Source: Mycoplasmoides pneumoniae FH
GTDB lineage: Bacteria; Bacillota_I; Bacilli_A; Mycoplasmatales; Mycoplasmoidaceae
DNA length: 32,000 nt
Direction: 5' to 3'
NCBI RefSeq assembly: GCF_001272835.1
Contig: NZ_CP010546.1
Location: forward strand, 752,809 to 784,808
A model generated the notes under the pieces. It worked only from the letters and a program-made list of their open reading frames with translations, was not told where the DNA came from and did not search any database. The position numbers and the translations under genes are program-made. Position 1 is the stretch's first letter, and each line of letters begins with the position of its first letter. Below, one piece after another: positions 10,627 to 21,329 of this stretch.

Positions 10627-11181
10627 ATGAGTCCAGAAAAATACCTGAACTTCTTTAAAGAAACCGCTGATAAAAAGTTCCAATGACTCAAAGAAGAATT
10701 GAGCAAAATCCGTACTGGTAGACCTAATCCAAAACTGTTTGATAATATCCTTGTGGAAAGCTATGGTGACAGAATGCCAATGGTAGCATTAGCACAAATT
10801 GCGGTAAATCCACCGCGGGAAATTGTGATCAAGCCGTTTGACGTTAAAAACAATATTAATGCCATCTACAGCGAAATTCAACGTGCTAACTTAGGTGTAC
10901 AACCAGTGATTGACGGAGATAAAATTCGCATTAACTTTCCCCCAATGACCCAAGAAAGTCGTTTGGAAAGCATTAAGCAAGCTAAAAAAGTAGTGGAACA
11001 AATCCACCAAGAGTTGCGCAGTGTGCGACGTGATACCCTTCAAATGATTAAGAAGGATGATCATAAAGACGAAGACTTTGAAGAATTCTTAAAAGAAGAA
11101 GTAGAAAAAGTTAACAAGCAGTATATTGCACAGTTAGAAACTATTCAAAAACAAAAAGAAAAAGAACTATTAGTGGTCTAA
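10627..11181 (+). CDS. frr: ribosome recycling factor, 184 aa
   Basis: ATG at 10627, one in-frame TGA, then joins ORF 10699..11181. Typical RRF sequence ([20 protein letters not shown]...). Confidence 0.95.
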
Positions 11182-12368
11182 TGGATCTGAAAGATAATTC
11201 CTTCGCTAAAAAACGATCGACAGTGTTCGTTGTTTTGCTCATTGTCTTTTGTTTTTTTTTAATGTTTTCAGCCTTTGCTGACGGCTTTAACTTTTGATCG
11301 CCTTGGTCAACTGATTTCAATTCACGCGTAATTCACATTAAAAGTGACGGTAATATAGAAACCACTAGTATTGTCAGCCATGAGTTGCATCCTGACTTTA
11401 AGGCAGTCCGTTTTGCTTTTGGCTTAGTGATAGTTTTATTTATTAGCGTTATTGCCGTTTTAATGAATTGGGAGTTGTCTAACAGTATCTTTAAAAACTA
11501 TGAAAAGCTCAACTTATCCTTATCACTACTTAGTGGAATTATGGTTTCAGGTGGGATGATTCCAACCTTTTTCGTAATCTATTTCCGTGAATGAAATGCG
11601 ACCGTTAACTGAATTTGAACTGCCTCGTTGGCTGGCATGATTGTCTTTTTATGGGCAGTGTACATGATTAGCACTTCCTTCATAAAGATCCGACCATCAT
11701 TGCAAGTGATTTATAGCCTAGGTGCAGTGATCTGTTTCATCGCTTGCATAGGTACAATTTACTTTTCCGTAATTAGGGGATGGACTACCATTTTTCTCTT
11801 AATTGCTATTGGCGTTTGCACTGATACCTTTGCTTATCTGTTTGGTAAACGTTTTGGAAAAAATCCCCTCATTAAAATTTCTCCCTCAAAAACTTGGGAA
11901 GGTGCTTTCTTTGGGGTTACTGGTACAGTTTTAACCATTTCTATTATTTGTGTTTTGTACTCGATCCCTAACTATGTAAGACAACCTAGCATAAAGGATG
12001 CAAGTAAGACAGCACTACAAACACCACAAAACTATGATGTGCATAACCTTATTACCAATGTCTTTCTCATCTCCTTCATTTCCGGTGGTAGTACCTTTTA
12101 CATCTACTGGTGAGTTAGCACATTAGCACTGATATTTACTGCTTCCATTTTTGCCATAGGTGGTGATTTATTCTTTAGTTACATTAAAAGACTCACAAAA
12201 ATTAAGGATTTTTCGAAGTTATTGGGTAAACACGGTGGTATCTTAGACCGGTTTGATTCCAGCTCTTTTTTAATTAGTTTTTTCTTTATTTACCACGTAA
12301 TTGCGGGAATCTCTTCTAACCAAAGATTGCTTATGGAACCAAACACTTATTTCAGTGCTGTAAGTTAG
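11181..12368 (+). CDS. cdsA: phosphatidate cytidylyltransferase (CDP-diglyceride synthase), 395 aa
   Basis: ATG at 11181 overlaps the frr TAA (TAATG). ORFs 11385.. and 11628.. share its frame and are joined by TGA. TAG at 12366-12368. Motifs: [24 protein letters not shown] and [26 protein letters not shown]. Confidence 0.85.
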
Positions 12369-12387
12369 TTTTTAGAATTTAAAGGAA

Positions 12388-13515
12388 ATGACTCCTAAAT
12401 TAAAGCTTAACACTAACAGTAATTGAACTAAGAAAACCCTTGGCAGCTTATTTGAACTCAAGAAGGGTGAAATGCTCGAAAAAGAGCTATTGGCGCCCGA
12501 TGGTAAATACGAATACTTTAACGGTGGTATTAAAGCCTCTGGACGCACCAATGAGTTCAATACCTTTAAGAACACCATTAGCATTATCATAGGCGGTTCT
12601 TGTGGTTATGTCAGATTAGCCGATAAGGATTACTTCTGTGGCCAGAGTAGCTGTACCCTAACTGTTTTAGATCCCCTGGAAATTGACCTCAAGTTTGCTT
12701 ATTATGCACTTAAATCACAAGAGGAAAAAATTACCAGTTTAGCTAGCGGAACTACCATTAAAAACATTCGCCTAAGTGATTTAAAGGATTTACCTATTCC
12801 GCTTGTTAAAAGCATTCAGGATCAACGAACTATTGCACATGCTTTAAGTGTGTTTGACCTTCGCATCGAACACCTCAATGAATTAATTGAAGTAAACCGT
12901 AAGCTCAGAGACGAGTATGCCCACAAATTATTTACCTTAGATCCAGACTTCTTAACACACTGAAACCTACATGAACTCCATGAACAAATGGGTGAAATTA
13001 GTTTAGGTGAAGTGTTTCACTTAAAGAGTGGTAAATACTTAAAGGCTGATGAGCGCTTTGAGGATGGCAAATTCCCTTATTATGGTGCTGGTATTGAAAG
13101 CACTAGCTTTGTCAATGAACCCAACACCAAAGGTGATACTCTTTCAATGATTGCTAACGGTTACTCCATCGGAAACATTCGCTACCATACTATTCCTTGG
13201 TTTAATGGTACTGGTGGTATTGCCATGGAAGCATTAAAACCTAATGAAACCTATGTGCCGTTCTTTTACTGTGCTCTAAAATACATGCAAAAGGATCTAA
13301 AGGAACGCTTTAAACGTGATGAATCACCGTTTATTTCCTTAAAACTAGCCGGTGAAATTAAGGTTCCTTTCGTTAAATCGTTTGCACTCCAAAGAAAAGC
13401 CGGTAAGATTATTTACTTGTTAGATAAAACTCTTGAAGAATACAAAGAAGAAGCTAAGTCTTTAATCAGTATTCGCGATAACTTATTGGGCAAATTGTTC
13501 CCAACACTATCTTAA
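12388..13515 (+). CDS. hsdS: type I restriction-modification specificity subunit (two target-recognition domains), 375 aa
   Basis: ATG at 12388. ORFs 12472..12963 and 12988..13515 are in the same frame and joined by TGA. Two-fold architecture: each half has a TRD (LGSLFELKKGE / LGEVFHLKSGK) followed by a helical conserved region (LNELIEVNRKLRDEYAHKLF / KSLISIRDNLLGKLF). Confidence 0.88.
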
Positions 13516-14363
13516 AGCAAAGCAAATAAGGTGTAAGGGAAAAGGTTAACACCTTCGTTATCAAAGCTCTGGTCTTTGAGACTGCTGGTTAAGCTATTCT
13601 CCAATAACTTCTTCATTAGATCACTCGTACTAGAAACTTGAATTCTTAACTTTGTGTTAAGTTTGATGTTACTGGTAAAACGGTCAAATGAAGCGCGGCC
13701 AAAGATGCCTTGAGTAGCTGGACTATATGTAAAAGTGGCTTCTAGAGCTTCATTTTGACCCATACTCATGGTTAAAGAATTTTGAGCATCTTTTTTCTTA
13801 GTTTCATCATCCTTAAAAATATTCTCTATATGGCTCATCGCCTTGGTTGGATCAATTTTTAAATCTGCCTTAATCTTAACCGTAGCCTCAAATTGCTTAT
13901 TCGATTCAACTTTGTAGGTAAACTCCTTCACTTCTTGCTTGCTAACAGTGATGGCTTGTTCAGCTAATAATTGAATCTCAGTTGTTGAACGTTCACTTAA
14001 CTTTAAACCCTTAAGCGTAGCATTGGGTTGAACACTGTTTTGGTTACTACCGTTGCCGAAGGATTTAGCAAAGCGGCCTACTTCAGTTTGCCAACGTTCT
14101 AATATTCTCTGTGAAAGCAAAGTGTACCTTCAACCTTCAAACAAGAGGTTTAAGGTACCTTTAGGATTTAAGCCGTAACTTTCGCGTAAAGTTGTAATTA
14201 AGGTACGTTTATTTTTCGTTAGTTCTGTGTTGCGATCTGCTAGGTTTTGCAGTTCTGATAAAGATTTAAGTTCAACGCTGGCAACTAGAGCAGAACAACT
14301 GCTTAAAATAAGCGCTAAACTAGGGATACTAGCTCAAATTCACTTCCTTAATTTAAGCGCCAT
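13512..14363 (-). CDS. lipoprotein, divergent beta-type member of the array family (recalled as MG439/MG440 family), 283 aa
   Basis: ATG at 14363 (MALKLRKWIWASIPSLALILSSC, signal peptide plus lipobox). Three in-frame TGA join it to ORF 13512..14120. C-terminus is NLFPYTLFALL. Confidence 0.85.
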
Positions 14364-14431
14364 ACTCCCTAACATGCAGTAATTAAACAATTGTAAAAAT
14401 TACCGCAAATACTGTAAAAGGACTAAAAGAA

Positions 14432-15286
14432 TTAAAGCAGAGCGTAGTAAAAAAACGGTAATAAATTAAATAACTTACCTGTTAATTGACGACTTTTCAT
14501 CTTTTTGACCTGTTCGTTGCTTTCTAATAATTCATTCAGCTTTGTGTGAGAAGTTGTTACATCAATCTTGACATTAGCGGGAAAGTTAATCGAACTAGTT
14601 GGTACATCAAAGGATTTATCAGAGAAGTTTCTAGCACCTCCAGTTGGTGGGGTATAGGTAAAAATAAAGTTACCAGTGAATTTGGCTTTTTCACCAGTGT
14701 ATTCACTTTCATCAATACTGTTTTTACCATTGCTACCTTTACCTCCCGAACTATTACCCTCTAAGAATGATTTAATCAATGCTTTGCTTGATTCATCAAT
14801 CTTTCCATCCATTTTGATTTGAATATTTACCTGAAACTTTTTTGGACTGTTTCAACTGTAAGAAAAACCACTAACTGTTTGCTTTTCAACTTTAAATACT
14901 TTAGCGATTTCTGAACTAATACCAGGAAAAGTGTCTGCTAAAAATAAACTTTTTTCACTAATGTTAGGGGTAATATCGTCCTTCTTGCTAGTAGAACCAA
15001 AAGCGCTAGCAAAGCGTGAAGCATCTAAATTTCTTTCTAAAAGCTTTTGATCCATTAAGGTGTACTTTCAACCTGCTAAAAGAGCGTTAACTGTTTTGTT
15101 AGGATCAGAGTTATAGCCATCTTTCAGAATGTTGATAACGTTCTTTTTGTTCAATTCACCTTTATTTGCTTCAAAGTATTTTTGCGCGCTACTTAAACTC
15201 GATATAACCTGGCTAGTTGCAGAGGAACAAGCGCTCAGCAATAAACTAGATCCTAATAAAGGAATTAATAACAGTTTAAGTTTCAT
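14432..15286 (-). CDS. lipoprotein, alpha-type (A2), 284 aa
   Basis: ORFs 15068..15286, 14852..15055 and 14432..14812 are in one frame, joined only by TGA. Signal peptide MKLKLLLIPLLGSSLLLSAC. C-terminus LLPFFYYALL. Confidence 0.88.
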
Positions 15287-15471
15287 TAGAGAATGGAATA
15301 AAGCAAGTAAGGTAAAAGATCAATTGATTGGTCTTGGAAAGTTTGACTGGACAAATTATTAGTAAAGGTAGTACTTTGAAGAATCTTTTTCATGATTTCG
15401 TCTTTACCAACCATATCTATTTTTAAGGTGGTATTGAAATTAATTTTCTTCATTAAAGTACGAAGTTCTTT
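15286..15471 (-). pseudogene. out-of-frame 3' tail of the beta-type lipoprotein gene at 15453..16115
   Basis: The alternate frame reads ...[56 protein letters not shown]. This is the family C-terminus. Its TAA overlaps the next gene's ATG, as in the intact pairs. Confidence 0.8.
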
Positions 15472-16115
15472 CTAGAGAAAAGATTTGATTCAGGTACAGT
15501 ATAGGTAAAAATAAGATCTGCAGAAAGAGTGCCACTTTCTTGTTTCAAATCACCATCATTTAAACCAATTTGTTGTAGATAAGATTGAACTTGACTTTTT
15601 TGGTATTTTCCTTGAGCATTAAGTTTTACTTGAACTTTAAAACTAGTTCGACTTTTGTATTGGATATTAAATGCTTCTACTTTTTGCTCATTTAGCGAAA
15701 TAACATTGTTGATAATATTAGCAGTGCTTGGTTCAAATCGTTTATCAAGTCTTAAACCTTTAACACTAGCATTAGGCTCAACATCTTCATTACTTTTTCC
15801 AGAGCCAAAAGCTTTGACAAATCTAGAAGGGTCTTTGCTCTCCAAAATTTTGGAATCTAATAAGGTAAATTTCCAAGCGTCTAATAAAACTTTGGTAGTT
15901 CCTTCAGGATTATTTTCAAATGCTTTTTGCAGTGACTCCACAAAAGCTTTCTTGTCTTGGGTTAGACTGGTATTTTGATTAACGCCTTCCCTCAATTGAT
16001 TCAAACTTGTTAAATTAGTTTGAAAATCAGAATTAGAACAAGCAGTTAAAGCTGTTCCGAACAACATGAATAAAGCACCTAATGAAGCTTTGGGTAATAG
16101 TCTTTTCTTATTCAT
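15453..16115 (-). CDS. lipoprotein, beta-type, C-terminally truncated by a 1-nt deletion, 220 aa as encoded
   Basis: Signal peptide [26 protein letters not shown]. Homology to intact beta genes (16957..17781, 19491..20324) continues in another frame after codon ~218. Confidence 0.8.
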   Translation of the reverse strand: MNKKRLLPKASLGALFMLFGTALTACSNSDFQTNLTSLNQLREGVNQNTSLTQDKKAFVESLQKAFENNPEGTTKVLLDAWKFTLLDSKILESKDPSRFVKAFGSGKSNEDVEPNASVKGLRLDKRFEPSTANIINNVISLNEQKVEAFNIQYKSRTSFKVQVKLNAQGKYQKSQVQSYLQQIGLNDGDLKQESGTLSADLIFTYTVPESNLFSRKNFVL

Positions 16116-16117
16116 CT

Positions 16118-16957
16118 TTAAAGTAGAGCATAGTAAAAGAAGGGTAGCAAGTCAATATTTCTTCCATTAAATGTACGACTTTTCATTCGCTTAACTTGAT
16201 CGTTTTTCTCAAGCAGTTCATTTAGTTTATTATGCGAAGTGTTCACATCAATCTTTACATCAGCAGGGAAATTGATCATATTGGTGATAACATCAAATGA
16301 TTTATCGGTTAAAGATCTAGTACCTCCAGTTGGTGGAGTATAGGAAAAGATAAAGTCTGCAGTGAATTTAGCTTTATCTCCAGTATATTCACTTTCTTCT
16401 ACGCTATTACTTCCATTTGAATCTTTGTTACTCAAAAAAGACTTAATTGTTTCCTTACTCTTTTCATTAATCATCCCTTCCATCTTTATGTGGATGTTTA
16501 CTTTAAAACTTTTAGGGCTGGTTCAGCTGTAAGAAAAACCACTAACAATTTGTTTTTGTACATTAAACACTTCAGCAATTTGACTTCCTAAACCAGTAAA
16601 AGTTTCATTTAAAAATAAACCTTTCTCGCTAATATTCGGAGTAACGTCATCTTTATTTTTATTCGGGCCAAAAGTATTTTTAAAACGAGATGGATCTAAA
16701 TTATTTTCCAACAATTTTTGATCCATTAAGGTGTACTTCCAGCCTGCTAGTAAGGCGTTAACTGTTTTGTTAGGATCAGAGTTATAGCCATCTTTCAGAA
16801 TGTTGATAACGTTATTTTTATTCAACTCACCTTTATTTGCTTCAAAGTATTTTTGAGCGCTACTTAAACTCGATATAACCTGGCTGGTAGTGGAAGAACA
16901 TGCACTTAAAATAATGCCGGAAGCTAAAAGAGGAATTAAATAAAGTTTAAGTTTCAT
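16118..16957 (-). CDS. lipoprotein, alpha-type (A2), 279 aa
   Basis: ORFs 16523..16957 and 16118..16483 are in the same frame, joined by TGA. Signal peptide [21 protein letters not shown]-terminus LLPFFYYALL. Confidence 0.88.
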
Positions 16958-17781
16958 TAGAGTATGGAGTAAAGCACGTAAGGCAAGAGATTTATCGATT
17001 GGTCTTGAAATTTTTGATCAGCTAGTTGCTTTACAAAACTACTTTGTTGCAATAATTTAGTCATCACACTATCTTTGCCTATAATTTGTATTCGTAAATT
17101 GGTATTAAAGTTGATGGCTCTTGTTAGTTTGTCAAATTTACTTGCAGAAAAGAAACTGGCAGCAGGTGGCATATAGGTGTAAATTATTTCAGCTTCTAAT
17201 GTACCTGTATCATTTAGATCACCATCTGATAAACCTACTTGACTTAAATAAGTTTTTACAGTATCCTTTTTGTAATTACCTTTAGCATTAATTTTTACTT
17301 GAACTCTAAAGTTTTTAGGATCTTTGTATTGAATGCTAAAAGCTTCTACTTTTTGTTTGTCCAGTTTAATTACGTTATTAATTATATTGGCAGTGTCTTG
17401 TGTGTATCTTTCCACCAAGCGTAAACCCCTTACTCCAGCACTAGGCTCTACATCTTCAATGCTTCTGCCAGAACCAAAAGATTTACTAAATTTGGAAAAA
17501 TCTTGTTTTTCTAAAATTTGAGCGTCTAAAAGCGTAAACTTTCAAGCGTCTAATAAAACCCTAGTAGTGCCTTCTGGATTATTTTCAAAAGCTGATTTTA
17601 AGGCTGTAACTAAATCAGCTTTATTTTGGGTTAAATTAGTATTTTTACTTGCACTGGTTCTTAATTGATTCAAGCTAGTAAGATTTGCTTCAAAACCAGA
17701 ATTAGAACAAGCAGTTAAAGCTGTTCCAAACAACATAAATAAAGCGCCTAAGCTTGTCTTATTTCAAATTTTCTTTTTCAT
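16957..17781 (-). CDS. lipoprotein, beta-type, 274 aa
   Basis: ATG at 17781 ([25 protein letters not shown]). I translated 17419..17541 by hand and it contains only sense codons plus TGA, joining ORFs 17542..17736 and 16957..17418. C-terminus [10 protein letters not shown]. Confidence 0.88.
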
Positions 17782-17785
17782 ATTT

Positions 17786-18637
17786 TTAGAGTAAGGCATA
17801 AAAATAGAAGGGCAATAGATCAAATGATTTACCAGTAAACGAACGACTTTTAATTTTTTTAACATGTTCGTTGTTTTGCATTAGGATATTGAGTTTTTCA
17901 TGAGTTGTGCTTGCATCAATTTGAAGATTAGCAGGGAAATTAATTGTTCCAGTGATTGGATCAAAGTTACTAAATGCAAATCTTCTTCCATCTGTAGGCG
18001 GAGTAAAAGTGAATATGAATGTGCCATCAAAGTTTGCATTTCCATTATTAAAATCATTTTCAGTAACATTGCCATTATTTCCAGAGCTCAAGAAAGATTT
18101 AATTAAAGAATTACTTTCTTCACCACTGCCAACAATGCCTTGCATCATAAAAGATATAACTACTTTAAAGTTAGTGGTGCTAGATCAGCTGTAAGAAAAT
18201 CCAGTTACTTTTTGGCTTTGCACTCCAAGTACTTTAACTATTTGTTGACTTACACCACTGTAAGTTTCATCTAAAAATAAACCTTTCTCACTAATACTTG
18301 GAATGACATCATCTTTGCCTTTGTTAGTACCAAATGCTTTTGTAAAGCGACTAGCATCTAGATTTCTTTCCAGTATTTTTTGATCCATTAAGGTGTACTT
18401 TCAACCAGCAAAAAGTGAATTAACTGTAGCTTTTGAATCAGTACTGTAACCTTCTTTTAAAAGATTAATTACATTCTTTTTGATTAGTTCACTTTTGTGA
18501 GCATCAAAGTATTTTTGCGCACTACTTAAACTAGAAATAACATTGGTGGCAGTTGATGAACAGGCACTTAAAGCAGTGCCGAACAATAAAAATAAAGCAT
18601 CTAATGGAGTTCTGAATAATAGCCTTTTCTTATTCAT
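17786..18637 (-). CDS. lipoprotein, alpha-type body with beta-like signal peptide (A1), 283 aa
   Basis: ORFs 18401..18637, 18185..18388 and 17786..18148 are in one frame, joined by TGA. Signal peptide MNKKRLLFRTPLDALFLLFGTALSAC. C-terminus LLPFYFYALL. Confidence 0.88.
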
Positions 18638-18639
18638 CT

Positions 18640-19491
18640 TTAAAGTAGTGCGTAGTAAAAGAACGGTAACAAGTCAAAGGTTTTACCAGTAAACTTACGG
18701 CTTTTAATCTGTTTTACTTGTTCATTGGCTTCCATTAAAGTATTTAACTTTTGGTGAGTAGTGCTTACATCTATTTGTAAGTCTGCTGGAAAGTTAATCT
18801 TAGTTGTAAGAGGGTCAAAAGAAGTGGCACCAAATTTTCTACTTTGAGTAGGAGGTGTATAAGTAAAAGTAAAGAAACCATCGAAATTAGCAGAATCACC
18901 ATTAAAGTCAGTTTCTTTTACTCCGCCATTTTGATTTGATCCATTGTTATCAGAACTTAAAAAAGATTTAATTAATTGTTGACTCTCTGAATCACTTCCA
19001 ACTTTTCCCTTCATACTAATTTGAATTTGTACTTTAAAGTCAGAGTTACTGGATCACTTGTAATTAAATTGTTTAACAGTTTGACTTTGTACACCTAAGA
19101 CTTTGGCAATTTGAATACTAAAGCCAGTGTAAGTTTCGTTTAAGTACAATCCCTTTTCACTAACACTAGGAGTTACATCGCCTTTATCGCGTCCGCTACC
19201 AAAAGCTTTGATAAAGCGACTATCAACTTCTTTAGAAAGTAATTGCTGGTCCATAAGTGTGTACTTTCAACCAGCTAGCAAAGCATGGACTGCCTTATTA
19301 GCATCAGATTCATAACCTTCCTTTAAGATTTTGATGACATTCTTTTTGTTGAGTTCACCTTGACTGGATTCAAAGTATTTTTGAGCACTACTTAAACTAG
19401 AAATTACTTGAGTAGCTGCTGAAGAACAAGCGCTTAACAACAAACTAGAACCTAAAAGAGGAATTAATAGAAATTTAAGTTTCAGTTTCAT
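18640..19491 (-). CDS. lipoprotein, alpha-type (A2), 283 aa
   Basis: ORFs 19267..19491, 19054..19254 and 18640..19014 are in one frame, joined by TGA. Signal peptide [23 protein letters not shown]-terminus LLPFFYYALL. Confidence 0.88.
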
Positions 19492-20324
19492 TAGAGGATG
19501 GAGTAAAGTACGTAAGGCAGTAAATTAACTGCTTGGTTTGGGTAATTAACACTGGCAAGATTATTAGTGAAGGCACTACTGTTAAGAATCTTTCTCATTA
19601 CTTCGTCTTTACCAACCATTTCTAATTTCAGATTGGTATTGAAATTAATCGATTTAGTTAACTTGTCAAAATTACTCTTAGAAAACAAATTTGAAGCAGG
19701 TGGAGTGTAAGTGAAGATTAAATCAGCTTCTAAAGTGCCTTCTTCCTTATCGCCCAGTTCATTATCTTGAAGACCAATTTGTGACTTATATTTCTCGACT
19801 TCACTCTTTTTGTAATTACCTTTTGCATTCAGCTTAATCTGAATAGTGAAATCACGACTACTTTTAAAGCGAATATTAAAAACCTCTACTTTTTGTTGAT
19901 CCAATAAAATTGCATTTTTAATAAGACTAGCTGTGTTATCACCAAAACGTTCAACAAATCTTAAACCACGTACGCCAGCACTAGGTTCTATGTCTTCCTT
20001 ACTTTTACCGCTACCAAATGCTTTAACAAATTTAACTGGATCTTGTTTTTCCAAAATCTTCGCATCATAAAGACTAAACTTTCAGGCATCTAGTAAAACC
20101 TTAGTGGTACCTTCTGAATTATTTTCAAAGGCAGTTTTTAAAGCATCAATTAAGGTATTTTTGTCCTGAGTTAAATTAATGTCTTTATTGGCTGAAGTTC
20201 TCAATTGGTTCAAACTAGTTAAGTTAGCTTGAAAGTCATAGTTAGAACAAGCAGTAAACGCTGTTCCTAATAAAAGAAACAAAGAACCAAAAGCGGTTTT
20301 AGATCAAATACTTTTTTTATTCAT
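19491..20324 (-). CDS. lipoprotein, beta-type, 277 aa
   Basis: ATG at 20324 ([26 protein letters not shown]). ORFs 20082..20282 and 19491..20054 are in the same frame, joined by TGA. C-terminus [10 protein letters not shown]. Confidence 0.88.
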
Positions 20325-20346
20325 GCTTCGAAATAAGGTTTAAAAA

Positions 20347-21219
20347 TTAGAGAAGGGCGTAGTAAAAAAAAGGCAAAAGATTAAATGATTTGCCTTTAAA
20401 AGAGCGGTTCTTAATCATTCCTACCTGAGTATTAGTTGTCATTAAAGTGTTTAACTTTTCATGACTAGTACTTACCTCAATTTGGAGATCAGCAGGAAAA
20501 TTGATGGTTCCAGTAATTGGATCAAAGTTGCTGGACGCAAGTCTTCTGCCATCGGAAGGTTGAGTGTAAGTAAAGATAAAATTGCCATCAAAGTTAGCTT
20601 GGTCACCTTCAAAATCTTTTTCAGTTACACCACCATTTTGATTATTGCTTCCACTGCCTTTGCTATCAGTACCTAAAAAAGACTTAATTAAAGTTTGACT
20701 TGTGCCATCACTACCAACTTTTCCTTTCATTTTGATTAAGATTTTGACCTCAAACTTGGTTTTGCTAGTTCAGCTATAAGAAAAACCAGTTACCTTTTGG
20801 CTTTGGACACCAAGAACTTGAGCGATTTGACTACTTACACCGGGATAAGTTTCTGCAAGATATAAACCTTTTTCACTGATGTTCGGGGTAACATCATCTT
20901 TAGTGTTAGAACCAAAAGCTTTAGAAAAACGGGAAGGATCCATTGGGTTCTCCAATAACTTTTGATCCAGCAAGCTGTATTTTCAGCCAGCTAATAAAGA
21001 ATTAACTGTTGACTTGGGATCAGAATTATAACTATCCTTCAAAATGGTTACTAGATTACGTTTATTAAGTTCTTTTTTGTTGGCACTAAAGTACTTCTGG
21101 GCACTACTAAAACTGGAAATTACTTCTGTGGTGGCAGAGGAGCAGGCACTTAAAGCTGTGCCAAACAGGAAAAACAAAGAACCTAGACTGGTCTTTGACA
21201 AAATCGATTTTTTGTTCAT
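20347..21219 (-). CDS. lipoprotein, alpha-type body with beta-like signal peptide (A1), 290 aa
   Basis: ORFs 20983..21219, 20770..20973 and 20347..20730 are in one frame, joined by TGA. Signal peptide MNKKSILSKTSLGSLFFLFGTALSAC. C-terminus LLPFFYYALL. Confidence 0.88.
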
Positions 21220-21295
21220 TTTTAAAAAAGTAAATTTTTTAGTTGATTTATTGATTAGTCAGATGGTTTAAAAATACTTGTTTACAAACAATGAG

Positions 21296-21319
21296 ATAAG
21301 AGGAGATTTATCCTCTTAT
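21296..21319 (-). terminator. candidate terminator hairpin downstream of the 21330..21740 gene
   Basis: Perfect 9-bp inverted repeat ATAAGAGGA / TCCTCTTAT with a 6-nt loop, 10 nt past the stop. On the minus strand it is followed by CTCATTGTTTGT. Confidence 0.4.
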
Positions 21320-21329
21320 TTAGTATGAG

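Larger units (their letters stand above)
14432..21219 (-). repeat. tandem array of a ~2.5-kb three-gene lipoprotein unit (A1-beta-A2): two full units plus one partial
   Basis: Unit I is 18640..21219, unit II is 16118..18637, and the partial unit III (beta-A2 only) is 14432..16115. Gene order, signal-peptide types and junction sequences repeat between units. Confidence 0.8.

Noticed and set aside
14546-20676. Plus-strand ORFs inside the array (14546..14764, 15129..15362, 15655..15978, 17333..17521, 17900..18106, 17952..18194, 20461..20676, 21044..21271) and the alternate-frame minus ORF 17881..18075
   Set aside because: They are antisense to or out of frame with the lipoprotein genes. They recur only because the underlying genes are paralogs.
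13512-21219. The periodic ~0.85-kb and ~2.5-kb repetition could suggest a CRISPR-like or satellite repeat array
   Set aside because: The repeats are full-length protein-coding paralogs with signal peptides and lipoboxes. There are no short direct repeats with unique spacers and no cas genes.
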